This document shows positions 51,067-61,694 of a stretch of DNA of 64,000 bases, one piece after another. Under the pieces are notes generated by a model. The model ran no database searches. It had not been told where the DNA came from and was given only the letters and a program-made list of their open reading frames with translations. The DNA is from Candidatus Sericytochromatia bacterium (GTDB lineage Bacteria > Cyanobacteriota > Sericytochromatia > S15B-MN24 > UBA4093), in assembly GCA_036676985.1 (NCBI GenBank), contig JAKFBU010000027.1:32001-96000 (forward strand), written 5' to 3'. Every line of letters starts with the position of its first letter. Position 1 is the stretch's first letter. A program made the position numbers and the translations under genes.

Positions 51067-52116
51067 ATGGTACGAACTCCCGCCTATGCCGCCACAGCCC
51101 CGACGTCGCCCCTGGCCCCCCTCACCATCGAACGCCGACTGCCCGGCCCGCGCGACGTCTTGATCGACATCCAGTTCTGCGGCGTGTGCCACTCGGACAT
51201 CCACAGCGCCCGCGACGAGTGGGGCGGCGCCATGTACCCGATGGTCCCCGGCCACGAGATCGTGGGCAAGGTCGCGCAGGTGGGCGACCAGGTCACGAAG
51301 TGGAAGGTCGGTGACACCGTGGGCGTGGGGTGCTTCGTCGACTCCTGCCGGTCCTGCGAGGCATGCGAGGCGGGCGAGGAGCAGTACTGCGCCAAGGGCA
51401 TGACCACGACCTACAACAGCTACGAGCGGGGGAGCAAGACGCCCACCTACGGCGGCTACTCGACCCACATCACGGTGGACCAGGACTACGTGCTGCGCGT
51501 GCCGGAGAGCCTTCCGCTCGAGCAGGCGGCGCCCTTGCTCTGCGCGGGGATCACCACCTACTCGCCCCTGAAGCACTTCGGGGTCAAGGCGGGCGATCGC
51601 GTCGCCGTCGTGGGCCTGGGCGGACTCGGCCACATGGCCGTCAAGCTCGCCAAGTCCATGGGTGCGCACGTCACGGTGCTGAGCCAGTCTCCGAAGAAGA
51701 AGGAAGACGCCGGGCGCCTGGGAGCCGACGATTTCATCTCGACCAAGGATCCGGCGGCCTTTTCCTCGAACGCCAAGCGCTTCGACTTCATCCTCGACAC
51801 GGTATCCGCGCAGCACGACTACAACGACTACCTGACCCTGCTCAAGCGGGACGGCACCATGGTGCTGGTCGGCCTGCCCGACCCCGCGCCGCTGGACGCC
51901 TCGGCGCTCATCATGGGCCGGCGGCGACTGGCGGGCTCGCTCATCGGCGGCATCAAGGAGACCCAGGAGATGCTCGACTTCTGTGCCGAGCGGGGCGTGG
52001 CCGCCGACGTGGAGGTGATCCCCATCCAGCAGATCAACGAGGCCTACGAACGCATGATCAAGGGCGACGTGCGCTACCGCTTCGTCATCGACCTGGCGAG
52101 TCTCCAGGAGGCCTAG
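51067..52116 (+). CDS. Zn-dependent NAD(P) alcohol/aldehyde dehydrogenase (YahK/cinnamyl-ADH-like)
   Basis: CGVCHSD, GHEIVG, CRSCEAC...C, LLCAGITTYSPL, GLGGLG, DVRYRFVID. Confidence 0.95.
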   Translation: MVRTPAYAATAPTSPLAPLTIERRLPGPRDVLIDIQFCGVCHSDIHSARDEWGGAMYPMVPGHEIVGKVAQVGDQVTKWKVGDTVGVGCFVDSCRSCEACEAGEEQYCAKGMTTTYNSYERGSKTPTYGGYSTHITVDQDYVLRVPESLPLEQAAPLLCAGITTYSPLKHFGVKAGDRVAVVGLGGLGHMAVKLAKSMGAHVTVLSQSPKKKEDAGRLGADDFISTKDPAAFSSNAKRFDFILDTVSAQHDYNDYLTLLKRDGTMVLVGLPDPAPLDASALIMGRRRLAGSLIGGIKETQEMLDFCAERGVAADVEVIPIQQINEAYERMIKGDVRYRFVIDLASLQEA

Positions 52117-52148
52117 GCTTCAAGGCGGTTCTGGAAGCCCGCCATGAG

Positions 52149-52178
52149 GCATCCCCGGTCCTGCCGGACCGGGGATGC
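52149..52178 (+). terminator. hairpin after ADH
   Basis: 13-bp stem gcatccccggtcc/ggaccggggatgc. Confidence 0.55.
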
Positions 52179-52224
52179 TGAGGACACCGAGCGGTAGTCA
52201 AGTTCGAAGGTGGGAGCCCGGCAG

Positions 52225-52737
52225 ATGGTGACCAGGCGAGAATTCATCCGTTTGGGCGCGCTGTTGCTGGCCAGTGGCCTGGTACCGGGCTGCCGAAATG
52301 GCAAGTCTTCCGTCGTGGGCGCGACCAGCGCTTAGCGAGCGGTCAATGCGGCCCGCCAGTATGCCGGGACGACGCTCACGGTGGCATGGGAGGCGGGGCC
52401 CAGGCCATGGACCTGCGCCACTTCGCCGGGCCGCGCTGGGAAGCGTTGACCGGCATCCGGATCAACCTGGTCGAAATGACCAAGCGCGCGGAGAAGTTCC
52501 GGCGCCTCGAGGCCGAGCATCGGGCCGGGACCGCCGCCTTCGACGGTGCCTCGATCGCTCCGGCCTGGATGCCGGACCTGCTCGCTGCGAACGCGCTGGA
52601 ACCGCTGGACGATTACGTCTCTCGCTACGAGGTTGCGGCCGACCGCGAGGACTACCTCCCCCCGTACCGTTCGTTCGGCACGTGGAACGGCAAGACCTAC
52701 GGCCTCTTCGACGACGGCGACCTGCTCCTGCTCTACA
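52225..52737 (+). pseudogene. Tat-lipoprotein sugar-binding protein remnant
   Basis: MVTRREFIRLGALLLASGLVPGC signal; in-frame TAG 52333-52335; frameshift near 52400 (WEAG/QAMD); SBP-like sequence ends at YGLFDDGDLLLLY. Confidence 0.75.
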
Positions 52738-54345
52738 TCCCTCGACCCGGCCCTCCTGGACCCCCTGCTGAAGCGGATCGCGACCCTCAACCCGACCTTC
52801 GATGCCATCAGCGTCTTCGACTCGAACGGCGACCACCGAGGTTTCGGGCACCCGACCCTGCTGCCCGAGCCGCGCGTCAACATCGCCGTGCAGCCCCTCT
52901 TCCGGGCAGTGATGGCCACCAACGCCCCGGCCCTGTCGGGCGTGATCTTCCTGCCGCGGCTGCGCTTGCCTGGCATCGCCGTCGGCGTGCCGATCCGAGA
53001 CGTGAGCGGAAAAGCCGTCGGCATCGTCACGGTGGCCATGTCCACGGCTCAGCTCGCCGACCACTACCAGGAAACCCGGCTCCGGCCCGGCCAGACGATC
53101 GTGCTGCTGAACCAGGAGGGCCGGATAGTCTTCCACACCGGGCAACGGGACCCGGCTCCCGAGGTCATGGATGCCTTCCGAGACCTGCCCGACGTCCGCT
53201 GGGCTCTCTCGGGCCCCCCCCGAACGGACGCCTATTTCGAGAGCCCCGTCTTCCATGACGTCCGTCTGGGAGCCTTCGTGCCGACCGAGCCGCATGGCTG
53301 GGTGGTCGGCGTGACCATTTTGCGCGCGGTGGCCCTGGCCCCCGCCTATGCCGCCCTCCGCCGCAACGTGGTGGCCTTCGCCGTCTTCCTGCTCTTCAGC
53401 GTGGGACTGGCAGCCTGGCTTACAAGGCGCTTCGTCACGCCCGTGCGGCATCTCTAGCAGGCCGCTCACGCGCTCGGGCAGGGCGACCTGTCGACCCGGG
53501 TGCGTCTCGCGACCGGAGACGAGATCGAACGGCTCGGGAGGGCGTTCAATGCGATGGCCTCCCAGATCCAGGATCGAGAGGCGGAACGCACCCGCCTCAT
53601 CACCCAGGAGGCCTCGGCTCGGGCCGAGACCGAGGCCTTGAAACACCTCGACAAGCTCAAGAGCGATTTCGTCAACGCCGTCTCCCACGAGTTGCGCACG
53701 CCCCTGACCTTGATCAAGGGCTACGCCGAGTTCCTGGAGGACGAGATCGGGGGGCCACTCACGTCGCAGCAGGGTGAGTTCGTCGCGCAGATCGAGGCCA
53801 GCACGCTGCGCCTCCAGCGATTGGTGGACGACCTGCTCGACTTCGCTCGGATGGAGGCGGGCACCTTTGCGCTGCACTGCCTCGATACCGACCTGGTCGA
53901 CAAGATCCAGGAGATCCTGGCCAGCATGACCCCCCAGGCTCAGGCGGCCCAGATCACCCTGGAGGCCTCCTTGCCTTCCGAGCCCCTCCCGGTCCGCATG
54001 GATCCGCAGCGCATCGACCAGGTCCTCACCAACCTCATCAACAACGCGATCAAGTTCACGCCCGAGGGGGGCCGGATCGTGGTGCGATTCTCATCCCAGG
54101 GGGATCGGATCCGCTGCGAAGTGGAGGACACGGGCATCGGGATCGCGCCCGAGGACGTCCCCAAGCTTTTCCAGCGCTTCGGGCAGCTCGAGGCCGGTAC
54201 CGGCAAGGTTGGCGGCACCGGACTCGGACTCTCCATCAGCAAGGCCATCGTCGAAGCCCATGGCGGCACCATCGGCGTGACGAGCGAACCAGGCAAGGGC
54301 AGCGTCTTCTGGTTCACCCTGCCGCGGCAGAGCACCGCGTGCTGA
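52738..54345 (+). pseudogene. Cache-HAMP-HisKA-HATPase sensor kinase, N-terminus missing, in-frame TAG in HAMP
   Basis: Cache-like region and TM, then PVRHL*QAAHALGQGDLSTRV (TAG 53455-53457), in frame with SHELRTPLT...NAIKFT...GTGLGL. Confidence 0.8.
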
Positions 54346-54369
54346 AGGGGCGGCCGCGAGGCGCCGAGG

Positions 54370-55341
54370 TTAGGCCCGCCCCTGGGAGGGGGCCCCGCCC
54401 AGGGGGCCGCAAACGCCGGTTTCCATGTCGCATGCCATGCCCCCGGCATCCCATGCGACGGGATCCTTGAATAGCCCCCCGGCGACCGGACCTTGGGCCG
54501 AGGCCAGCTCCCAGAGCTCGCCGGTCCGGAGCGCGATCCGCCGGATCCCTCCTTGACCTTCCAGCTCGGCTCGCAGCTCGGATACCGGCTTGCCGAGCAT
54601 CTCGGCGAGCTCCCGCGTGGTCAGGGCGCCATACTCGGCGAGCAGCTCCGGGAGACGGCGCGGGGCATGGAGCGTCAGGTCGGGGGCGACGCGGCTCAGA
54701 ACGTCCTGGAAGGTGGCGAAGTCGCGGGCGCCGGCCAAGAGGATGGGGCGGGACGTGTCCTCCGGATCGGCGCTCATGAAGAGGAAGGTCGGGAAGGATC
54801 GGATGCCGACCTGGGCGCCGAGCTGCCGATCCGCCATGAAGGCATGTTGGGCCGTACCATCGGCGATCGCCTGCGTGAAGGCCGCAAGGTCGAGCCCCGA
54901 GGTGTCTTGGGCCACTGCCTCATAGACCTTGGGGTCCGACGCATTGCGACCTTCCGCCTGGGCCGCCCTCCGCAAGCGGCGCAGGAAGGACTCGCCCAGG
55001 GTGTCACCCTGCAAGGCCGCGGCCTTGACGGCGATGCAGGCAGGCCAGGTCCCCCAGTGGGCATCTTGGTTCTCGCGCATGAAGCTGCCGTCGATGGGCT
55101 GACCGGTGCGCCGCCCGACCTCCTCCCAGTGCGGGGCGACGTCGGCGGTCGAGGAGATGCCGTTCAGCGGATCCGTGAAGGCGGCCATGTCCTCGACCAG
55201 CCCCCCCATGACCGGCTGGATGCGCACCTGATCTCGGTAGACCTCTCTTGCGCGGTACAGCACCGGCTCCATGGCCCAGCACCAGGAGCAGAAGGGGTCG
55301 CTGAAGGAGAGGATGTCGACCTTGGGGGCATGGGGCGTCAT
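54370..55341 (-). CDS. DsbA-family (YjbH/SpxH-like) thioredoxin-fold protein
   Basis: FSDPFCSWCW, SFPT cis-Pro loop; C-terminal HTH-like segment and CDMETGVC tail. Confidence 0.85.
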   Translation of the reverse strand: MTPHAPKVDILSFSDPFCSWCWAMEPVLYRAREVYRDQVRIQPVMGGLVEDMAAFTDPLNGISSTADVAPHWEEVGRRTGQPIDGSFMRENQDAHWGTWPACIAVKAAALQGDTLGESFLRRLRRAAQAEGRNASDPKVYEAVAQDTSGLDLAAFTQAIADGTAQHAFMADRQLGAQVGIRSFPTFLFMSADPEDTSRPILLAGARDFATFQDVLSRVAPDLTLHAPRRLPELLAEYGALTTRELAEMLGKPVSELRAELEGQGGIRRIALRTGELWELASAQGPVAGGLFKDPVAWDAGGMACDMETGVCGPLGGAPSQGRA

Positions 55342-55369
55342 GGCACGCGCGTCCTTTCTTGAAATAAAG

Positions 55370-55387
55370 ACTCTCGATGTAGAGAGA
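55370..55387. promoter_or_regulatory. MarR-type operator (copy 2)
   Basis: Reverse complement TCTCTCTACATCGAGAGT shares 12/18 with the site at 55872. Confidence 0.5.
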
Positions 55388-55403
55388 TTAGGGCAAAAAA
55401 TCG

Positions 55404-55853
55404 CTAACGTTCCTGTAGGCCGAGCTTCCGACAGAGGCGGCGGAGTTCGTCCTGCTCGGCGGCCGTGAGCACGGAGAGGTCGGCCCGGACGGCCTCGACC
55501 TGATGGGGGAAGACCTCCGCGATGAGGGCATCGCCCGCTTCCGTGAGGTGGATGGTGATCATGCGGCGATCGCTCTGATCGCGTTCCCGGCGGATCAGGC
55601 CCCGCTTTTCCAGGTTGTCCAGGATCAGCGTGACGTTGCCGGAGCTCTTGAGGAGCTTGGAGCAAAGGTCCCGGGGGCTCAGGGGCCCCAGGTGGTGCAG
55701 GATCTCCAGCACGCCGAACTGGCTGATGCTCAGGCCGACCTTTGCCAGGTGCCGATGGACCCGCGCGGACACGGAGTCGCTCGCTCGCATCAGGGCGATG
55801 TAGGCGTTGAGGGAGCGGATCTCATCGGGGGAGCCGGAGTACCGGGTGGGCAT
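55404..55853 (-). CDS. MarR family regulator (MhqR-like)
   Basis: GLSISQFGVLEILHHLGP, SSGNVTLILDNLEKRGLIRR, DRR, LTEAG. Confidence 0.92.
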   Translation of the reverse strand: MPTRYSGSPDEIRSLNAYIALMRASDSVSARVHRHLAKVGLSISQFGVLEILHHLGPLSPRDLCSKLLKSSGNVTLILDNLEKRGLIRRERDQSDRRMITIHLTEAGDALIAEVFPHQVEAVRADLSVLTAAEQDELRRLCRKLGLQER

Positions 55854-55871
55854 GGAATCCTCTAGCTGAAG

Positions 55872-55889
55872 TGTCTCTAACTCAAGATA
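55872..55889. promoter_or_regulatory. MarR-type operator (copy 1)
   Basis: Imperfect palindrome TGTCTCTA-AC-TCAAGATA directly upstream of marR. Confidence 0.55.
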
Positions 55890-55909
55890 TCTCCATGGGA
55901 CGCAAGGCG

Positions 55910-58273
55910 TCAACCCGTGGCAGCGGCCGGGATGGTCTCGGTCAGTACCAGAGGCAGGCTGAACCAGAACGTGCTGCCCATTCCTGGCTCGCTTCGCACC
56001 CCGATGGTGCCGCCATGGGCCTCAACCAGGGCCTTGCTAATGCTGAGTCCCAGTCCGGTGCCGGACTTCTTGAGCGCTCCGGCTTCGAGCTGGCTGAAGC
56101 GCCGGAAGAGCTTGGAGAGGTCCTCGGACGCGATGCCGACGCCCGTGTCCACGACCTCGCAGACGATCCGATCCTCCTCCTGGCGCGCGCGCACTTCGAT
56201 CCGCCCGTTGGGAGGAGTGAACTTGATCGCGTTGCCGATCAGATTGGCGAGGACCCGCTCGATCCGCTCCGGGTCCAGACTCAGCGTGACGGGAGGCTCG
56301 GGCAATACCGCTTCGAGACGGAGCGACTTCTCGTCGGACTGGGGCTTGAGGCTCTCGACGACCTCCCGGATCTTGAGCGTGAGATCGGTCGGCTCGCAGC
56401 GCAGGCGAAAGGTGCCCGCATCCATGCGGGCAAAATCGAGCATGTCGTTGACCATGCCCTCTAGCCGCTTGGCGCTTTTCTCGATCTGGCCCACGTAGTC
56501 GCGCTGCTCCGGGGTGATGGGGCCTCCCATGCCGTCCTCGATGAACTCGGCATAGCCGAGGATGCTGGTCAAGGGCGTGCGCAGGTCGTGGCTGACCGAG
56601 TTGACGAAGTCGCTCTTGAGCCGGTCGAGTTCCTTGAGCTTTTCGTAGTTCGAGCGCAGCTGATCCTCGAGGCGCCGGCGCACGCTCACGTCCGTCGCCA
56701 CCCCGAGCACCCCGACGATCTTCTCGTCCGTCTGGCTGCGCAACGGGGTGAACCACACGTCGAACGCCACGTCCTGGAACTCCAGCGACTCGCGGAACGA
56801 CTCGCCCGCCAAGGCCCGGCGATAGCTCGAAATGAACGACGGAAAGGCCGAGAAGACCTCGTCGATGGTGCGGCCGGCCAGAGATTCGGGCTGCAGGGCC
56901 AGCGACGCGAGGCCCAGGCCACGGGCCAGCAAGATGCGGCCGTCAGCGTCGAGGTCGAACAGAAAGACCGGGGAGTTGTCGACAACGGTCTGCATGCGGA
57001 ACTGCGTATCGCGCAGGGCTTTCTCCAGCTGCTCGCGCTCGGTGATGTCCCGCGAAATCGTGATGGTCCCGAGGAGCTCGCCATCGAGCGAACGGTAGGG
57101 ATACTTGGAGCTGAGAAAGGCGCGCTCCTCCCCGTGCACGGTCTGGATTCGCATCACGTAGGTGCTCGGCGCGCCGGACTCCATCACGCCGCGATCGCTC
57201 TCCTGGATGCGACGGACGGACGCAGCGTCGAAGCTCGCGCCGAAGAGCTCGGAATCCCGCCGTCCGAGGATGTCTGAGAGGGGTCGGCCCAGCAGCTCGG
57301 CGAGGGCAGGGTTGGCCAACAGGAAGCGCCCTTCGCGATCGCGGATCACGATGATGTCGGGCGACGTGTTGACCAGCGTGGCCAGCTTGATCTCGCGATC
57401 GAACAGCGCTTCCTCCATCCGGGCGAAGGCCCTGCTTTGCCACCAGAGCAGGGCTGAGCTGAGCGCGGCGACGCCGGTCGCCGACAGCGCGGCACCGAAG
57501 GGCTTGTCGTACCCCCAGATCGGCTCGCCCCACAGCCTGAAAAAGCCGAGCATGACCGGGATCAGCACCAGGGCGGGCAGTAGTCGCCTGAGCATCCGGC
57601 TGCTGAGGCGATTGCTCGTGAGCCTGGCCATGAGGCCCTCGTCCGGTCGCGCGCAAAGCACGCCGAACGCGACGGCCGTGAAGGCGAGGGCCGTGTTTAG
57701 GGCCATGGAGATGTAGTCGGGCCCCAGGCGCGTGAACGGGGCGGCCCGGTAGAGGTGCCCGATCAGCGGCAAGAAGGATACGATCAAGACGGCGACCGCC
57801 AGTCCCTGGGACAGCCGCAGGCGACGTGCCTTGCTATCCAGGTGCCACAGCGCAAGGCCGAGCAACACGAAGTTGAAGGCGGTGTTCGGCGCCATGCGGT
57901 TGGGGGGCGAGGCGCGTTCCAGCTCTGCAGCGAACAGCCACTGATCGAGGCGGGGTCCCCAACCGAACAGGTACTCGACGAGCCGGCTAGCGCCGAGCAC
58001 GATGAGCGCCAGCGCCGCTGCCAGTGCCCAGCGGCGCCCTGGCCGCTCGTCAGGGTCCGAGCGCCACCTCCACAGCGCCGACGCCGCCAGGATGAACCCT
58101 ACGGCGGTGGCGGGGTTCATGGCGACCCCCTCGCGGCTCAAGGATTTGAGCAGCGGCACGTCGAGCCACCAACCGATCAGCACGAGGGCGCCCGTCGCCG
58201 TGGCGCCAAGGCTGGCCGCCATGGTGATGTGGCGGCAAGTTCGGAGGGTGCGAGGATCGATGGAGGCATACAT
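55910..58273 (-). CDS. membrane PAS-PAS sensor histidine kinase
   Basis: Multi-TM N-terminus with repeated MxxxTA motifs, two PAS domains, SHDLRTPLT, NAIKFT, GTGLGL. Confidence 0.92.
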   Translation of the reverse strand: MYASIDPRTLRTCRHITMAASLGATATGALVLIGWWLDVPLLKSLSREGVAMNPATAVGFILAASALWRWRSDPDERPGRRWALAAALALIVLGASRLVEYLFGWGPRLDQWLFAAELERASPPNRMAPNTAFNFVLLGLALWHLDSKARRLRLSQGLAVAVLIVSFLPLIGHLYRAAPFTRLGPDYISMALNTALAFTAVAFGVLCARPDEGLMARLTSNRLSSRMLRRLLPALVLIPVMLGFFRLWGEPIWGYDKPFGAALSATGVAALSSALLWWQSRAFARMEEALFDREIKLATLVNTSPDIIVIRDREGRFLLANPALAELLGRPLSDILGRRDSELFGASFDAASVRRIQESDRGVMESGAPSTYVMRIQTVHGEERAFLSSKYPYRSLDGELLGTITISRDITEREQLEKALRDTQFRMQTVVDNSPVFLFDLDADGRILLARGLGLASLALQPESLAGRTIDEVFSAFPSFISSYRRALAGESFRESLEFQDVAFDVWFTPLRSQTDEKIVGVLGVATDVSVRRRLEDQLRSNYEKLKELDRLKSDFVNSVSHDLRTPLTSILGYAEFIEDGMGGPITPEQRDYVGQIEKSAKRLEGMVNDMLDFARMDAGTFRLRCEPTDLTLKIREVVESLKPQSDEKSLRLEAVLPEPPVTLSLDPERIERVLANLIGNAIKFTPPNGRIEVRARQEEDRIVCEVVDTGVGIASEDLSKLFRRFSQLEAGALKKSGTGLGLSISKALVEAHGGTIGVRSEPGMGSTFWFSLPLVLTETIPAAATG

Positions 58274-58529
58274 GGCGGTGCAGGCTCCCTGTCTCGGCTC
58301 GGACGCTTTCGCGGCGTTGAAGTAGAGACCGTGACCCGACACCGCCGAGCAAACTCCCCGCCTGATCATAGTGCGGCGCGGAGTGAAATCAATCGCCGCC
58401 TGCTCGCATCGCGGACGACCTCCGCCATCGGCTCGGATCCCGCGCAGGGTACCCGCGGCAGGATTCTCGGCGTGGGCAACCCCGACTTCTTCAAGGGGGC
58501 GCCGGCTGACATGCTTTCAGACGTATCAC

Positions 58530-58556
58530 TAGAGAGGAGGGAGTCCCTCCTCTCTA
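58530..58556. repeat. perfect 13-1-13 inverted repeat after the SDR stop
   Basis: tagagaggaggga-g-tccctcctctcta. Confidence 0.6.
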
Positions 58557-58584
58557 CCCCCACGATCATGGAACGGTCAGTGGC

Positions 58585-59355
58585 TTAGCGGGCCTCTACG
58601 TAGCCGGCGTCAACGTGCAGCGTCGTGCCCGTCACGTAAGACGACTGGTCCGAGGCTAGCCAAAGACTGGCTTGGGCCACTTCCTCCGGCTTTCCGAAGC
58701 GATTCAGCAGGCTGAGCGCCGGGGCGAACTGCTCCTCGGTCAGGTTGAACTGCACCAGGGCGTTGCGCAGCATGGGGGTGTCGATGGCTCCGGGGGCCAC
58801 GGCATTGACCCGGATCTTGTGCGGCCCGTACTCCATGGCGGCCACCTTGGTGATCCCGTTCACCCCGTGCTTGGCGGCGACGTAGGCCAGGGTGGTGGCC
58901 TGGGGTCTGAACCCGCTGACGGACGAGATGTTGATGATGGACCCGCCGTCGCCCTGGGCGAGCATCTGACGAAGCTCGTACTTCAGGCACAGGGCCGTGC
59001 CCTTGAGGTCGACAGACATGAGCCGGTCCCAGTAGTCCTCGTCAAACTCCGCCACCGGCTTGTCGTCGGGGGTGAGCGCCGCGTTGTTCACGGCCACGTC
59101 CAGTCGCCCGAAGGTGTCCACGGTCTCCCGGACCATGGCCTGCACCTGTTCGGACTTGGAGATGTCGACCTTCACGAAGTGGGCGGTGCCGCCGGCCCCG
59201 GTGATGGCCGCGGTCACCGCGCGGCCCTTCTCCTCGTTGAAATCGGCGACGACCACCTTGGCGCCGGCGGCGGCGAACAGCTTCGCCGTCGCCTCGCCCA
59301 TGCCCATGGCCGCACCCGTGATGATGGCGACCTTTCCTGCGAGCACTTGACTCAT
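58585..59355 (-). CDS. classical short-chain dehydrogenase/reductase
   Basis: TGAAMGMG, NNAA, YVAAK, APGAIDTPM. Confidence 0.93.
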   Translation of the reverse strand: MSQVLAGKVAIITGAAMGMGEATAKLFAAAGAKVVVADFNEEKGRAVTAAITGAGGTAHFVKVDISKSEQVQAMVRETVDTFGRLDVAVNNAALTPDDKPVAEFDEDYWDRLMSVDLKGTALCLKYELRQMLAQGDGGSIINISSVSGFRPQATTLAYVAAKHGVNGITKVAAMEYGPHKIRVNAVAPGAIDTPMLRNALVQFNLTEEQFAPALSLLNRFGKPEEVAQASLWLASDQSSYVTGTTLHVDAGYVEAR

Positions 59356-59413
59356 GATGAACTCCTTTCGAGGATTGGGGGTGACAGTTGTGGGGGAGAG
59401 ACCGGCGACGCCA

Positions 59414-60946
59414 TCAGCGCCGCGCGATCTGGAGCGCAGACGCCTCGGGTGGCGTCAGGGCAAGGCTGGCACGGCCCGCGGAGCCCGGAGCCAGACGCTG
59501 GGCATGAGCCTGGATGTCCGTGAGTGCCTGGCGCAGCCATGCTGCTTCTTCGCGCACCGCTTGGACCTCTTGCCGAACGGCCTCGCCCGACCGTTCCGCC
59601 CGACGGAGGGCCTCTTCGGCAAGCCGGATCGGCCCGCTGGTCGGCATCGCCCCCGTCACTTCGAACGTTCTGGACGGCTGATCGGCCAGGCGTTTCATCT
59701 CCTGAAGAAACGGACCATAGAACTCGAGCTCGGAGTGGCTGATGACGGTCATGGCCTCGATCTTCTCTGCGGTCTGGGAGACCATGGCCGCGATCGCGGT
59801 CAAACCGTCCCCCGCATGCTGCGCGACGGTGACAGCCGATTGGATGGCAGCTTCGCCCTGTTGTGAGCTCTCGATCGCTTGATCCGTTGCCGACTGGATG
59901 CCTTGGACCAGGCCGGTAATGTCGCGAGTCGTCCGGGCGGCCCGTTCGGCGAGCTTGCGAACCTCGTCCGCCACGACGGCGAAGCCGCGGCCGTTCTCGC
60001 CGGCACGCGCCGCTTCGATGGCGGCATTGAGCGCGAGCAAGTTGGTCTGGTCGGAAATCTCCTCGATCAGGCTCACGAACCCGCTGATCTGTTCGGCCCG
60101 TTGACCGAGCGACGCCACGACCTCGACCAAAGCATGCATGTGAATGCCGATTTGCTCGATCTCCGCGGCATTGTCCCTGGCCACGGTCGCACCGGTCTCG
60201 ATGGCACTGGCCGAGGCGAGGGTGAACGACTGGGCCTCTGCGGCGAGCTGCTCGAGTCGTTGCATCGTGGCAGCGCGCTCCTCACTTGCCGCCCAGGCAC
60301 GCCGCCAGTGCCGGGTGCTGTGGGCTTGTTCCTCGCTGACGGCCGTGAAGCGGTTGGTCATGACCGCTTGAGCCGTTTGCAGCTCCGCGTCCAGTTGCTG
60401 CAGGCTCTGCCCGGCGCTCTGCTGGAGCGCGACGCACTCCGCGATTCTAGCGTCGAGCGCGGTGTCGTCCGGACCCCATGCGCTGCGATGCTGGGCCTGA
60501 GCGAGGACCGAACCCAGTTGCCTGAGTCCGAGACCGATCCGCTCCATCTCCCGGCGCTGCTCGCCCTGAACCAGTGCGACCTCCCGAGCGATCGCGCGGA
60601 TCCCGTCTCGGACCGTCCCGGCCTCCGGGACGGGGACTCCGAGAGCCTCTGCCAGGCCGCTCAATTCGGCGCGCCCCCCTTCGTCCGCTCGCGTCAGCAT
60701 GCGACGGGCCGCCCACGTCACGATGCCCAGGGCCGAGGCCATCAACCCGAGACCTGCGGCTAGGGTCCATGGGCGTAGCCCCGCCAAGACGACCAGCCCC
60801 GTCCCGAGTCCGGCGAGCGCGAGGGCGAACGCCTGTGTGGCGAGCAGGCCCCAGGGCGGCGTCTTTGGGATGCGAGCATATCCCCCCGCGCCGACGAGGA
60901 CGCTGGCGAGGATCGGAAGAAGCAGGCTACCGAGTAGCAGGGACAT
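59414..60946 (-). CDS. methyl-accepting chemotaxis-like protein
   Basis: [38 protein letters not shown]; N-terminal TMs; GGAGG RBS. Confidence 0.85.
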   Translation of the reverse strand: MSLLLGSLLLPILASVLVGAGGYARIPKTPPWGLLATQAFALALAGLGTGLVVLAGLRPWTLAAGLGLMASALGIVTWAARRMLTRADEGGRAELSGLAEALGVPVPEAGTVRDGIRAIAREVALVQGEQRREMERIGLGLRQLGSVLAQAQHRSAWGPDDTALDARIAECVALQQSAGQSLQQLDAELQTAQAVMTNRFTAVSEEQAHSTRHWRRAWAASEERAATMQRLEQLAAEAQSFTLASASAIETGATVARDNAAEIEQIGIHMHALVEVVASLGQRAEQISGFVSLIEEISDQTNLLALNAAIEAARAGENGRGFAVVADEVRKLAERAARTTRDITGLVQGIQSATDQAIESSQQGEAAIQSAVTVAQHAGDGLTAIAAMVSQTAEKIEAMTVISHSELEFYGPFLQEMKRLADQPSRTFEVTGAMPTSGPIRLAEEALRRAERSGEAVRQEVQAVREEAAWLRQALTDIQAHAQRLAPGSAGRASLALTPPEASALQIARR

Positions 60947-61117
60947 GGGGGCCTCCGTTCTTGAAAGGGCAGCCGGTGACGCTGCCGTGGCATGGCGCGG
61001 CCAGGGCCGAGCGGCCCGCGCGTCCTGAACGGGCGCGAGCCGAAGGGGGCCGCATGGCCGCAAGTGGCCTTGTCGCCAGACAAGTGAGGTTGGCAGCGAG
61101 GCTAGAAGCGCGGAATC

Positions 61118-61567
61118 CTAGGTAAACGCACGCTCGAACTCGCCGAGCAGGGCGATCAGTTGGGCCTGATGGTTCGGGGCCACCTTGTCGATGAACTGTT
61201 TGAGATACGCGACGTGGCGTGGAAAGGTCTGCTGAAAGAGCTGCTGGCCCTCGGTGGTCAGCGAGATCACGACCTGGCGCGCGTCTCGCGCACCGCGGCA
61301 GCGGGTCAAGAGGCCCCGTTCCTCGAGTCGATCCAGCACGGGCTTGAGCGTCCCCCGGGTGATGAGCGTCTGGTCGGAGAGCTCGGAGACCGTCATGCCG
61401 GGCGTGTCGCCCAGGACGGTCAGGACGTCGAACTGGGGGAGCGTGAGGCCCATGGTCTCCACGTGTCGGGCGGCAATCCGCTCGGCCTGGCGACTACAGA
61501 CCATGAGCGCTCGAAACGCCGGTAGCTCGGACTCTTGCAGCGACGTCGACAGTTTCGACTTGTTCAC
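61118..61567 (-). CDS. MarR family regulator
   Basis: GLTLPQFDVL, LDRLEERGLLTR, DAR, LTTEG; GGAG RBS before GTG. Confidence 0.9.
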   Translation of the reverse strand: MNKSKLSTSLQESELPAFRALMVCSRQAERIAARHVETMGLTLPQFDVLTVLGDTPGMTVSELSDQTLITRGTLKPVLDRLEERGLLTRCRGARDARQVVISLTTEGQQLFQQTFPRHVAYLKQFIDKVAPNHQAQLIALLGEFERAFT

Positions 61568-61694
61568 GGGATGGCTCCGTTCCATGCGAGGGGGGCTTGC
61601 CCCGGGCCCATTCTCCCCCACCCCGCGCCAGACGTCCAGCGTCGCCCCGAAGCTCCCGCTTGGGCGAGGCGGCCGACATGGCAAGGGGTGGAGC

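Noticed and set aside
52333-53457. Two in-frame TAGs as pyrrolysine or amber recoding
   Set aside because: The same locus has a frameshift and a deletion, many intact genes here end in TAG, and no pyl genes are visible
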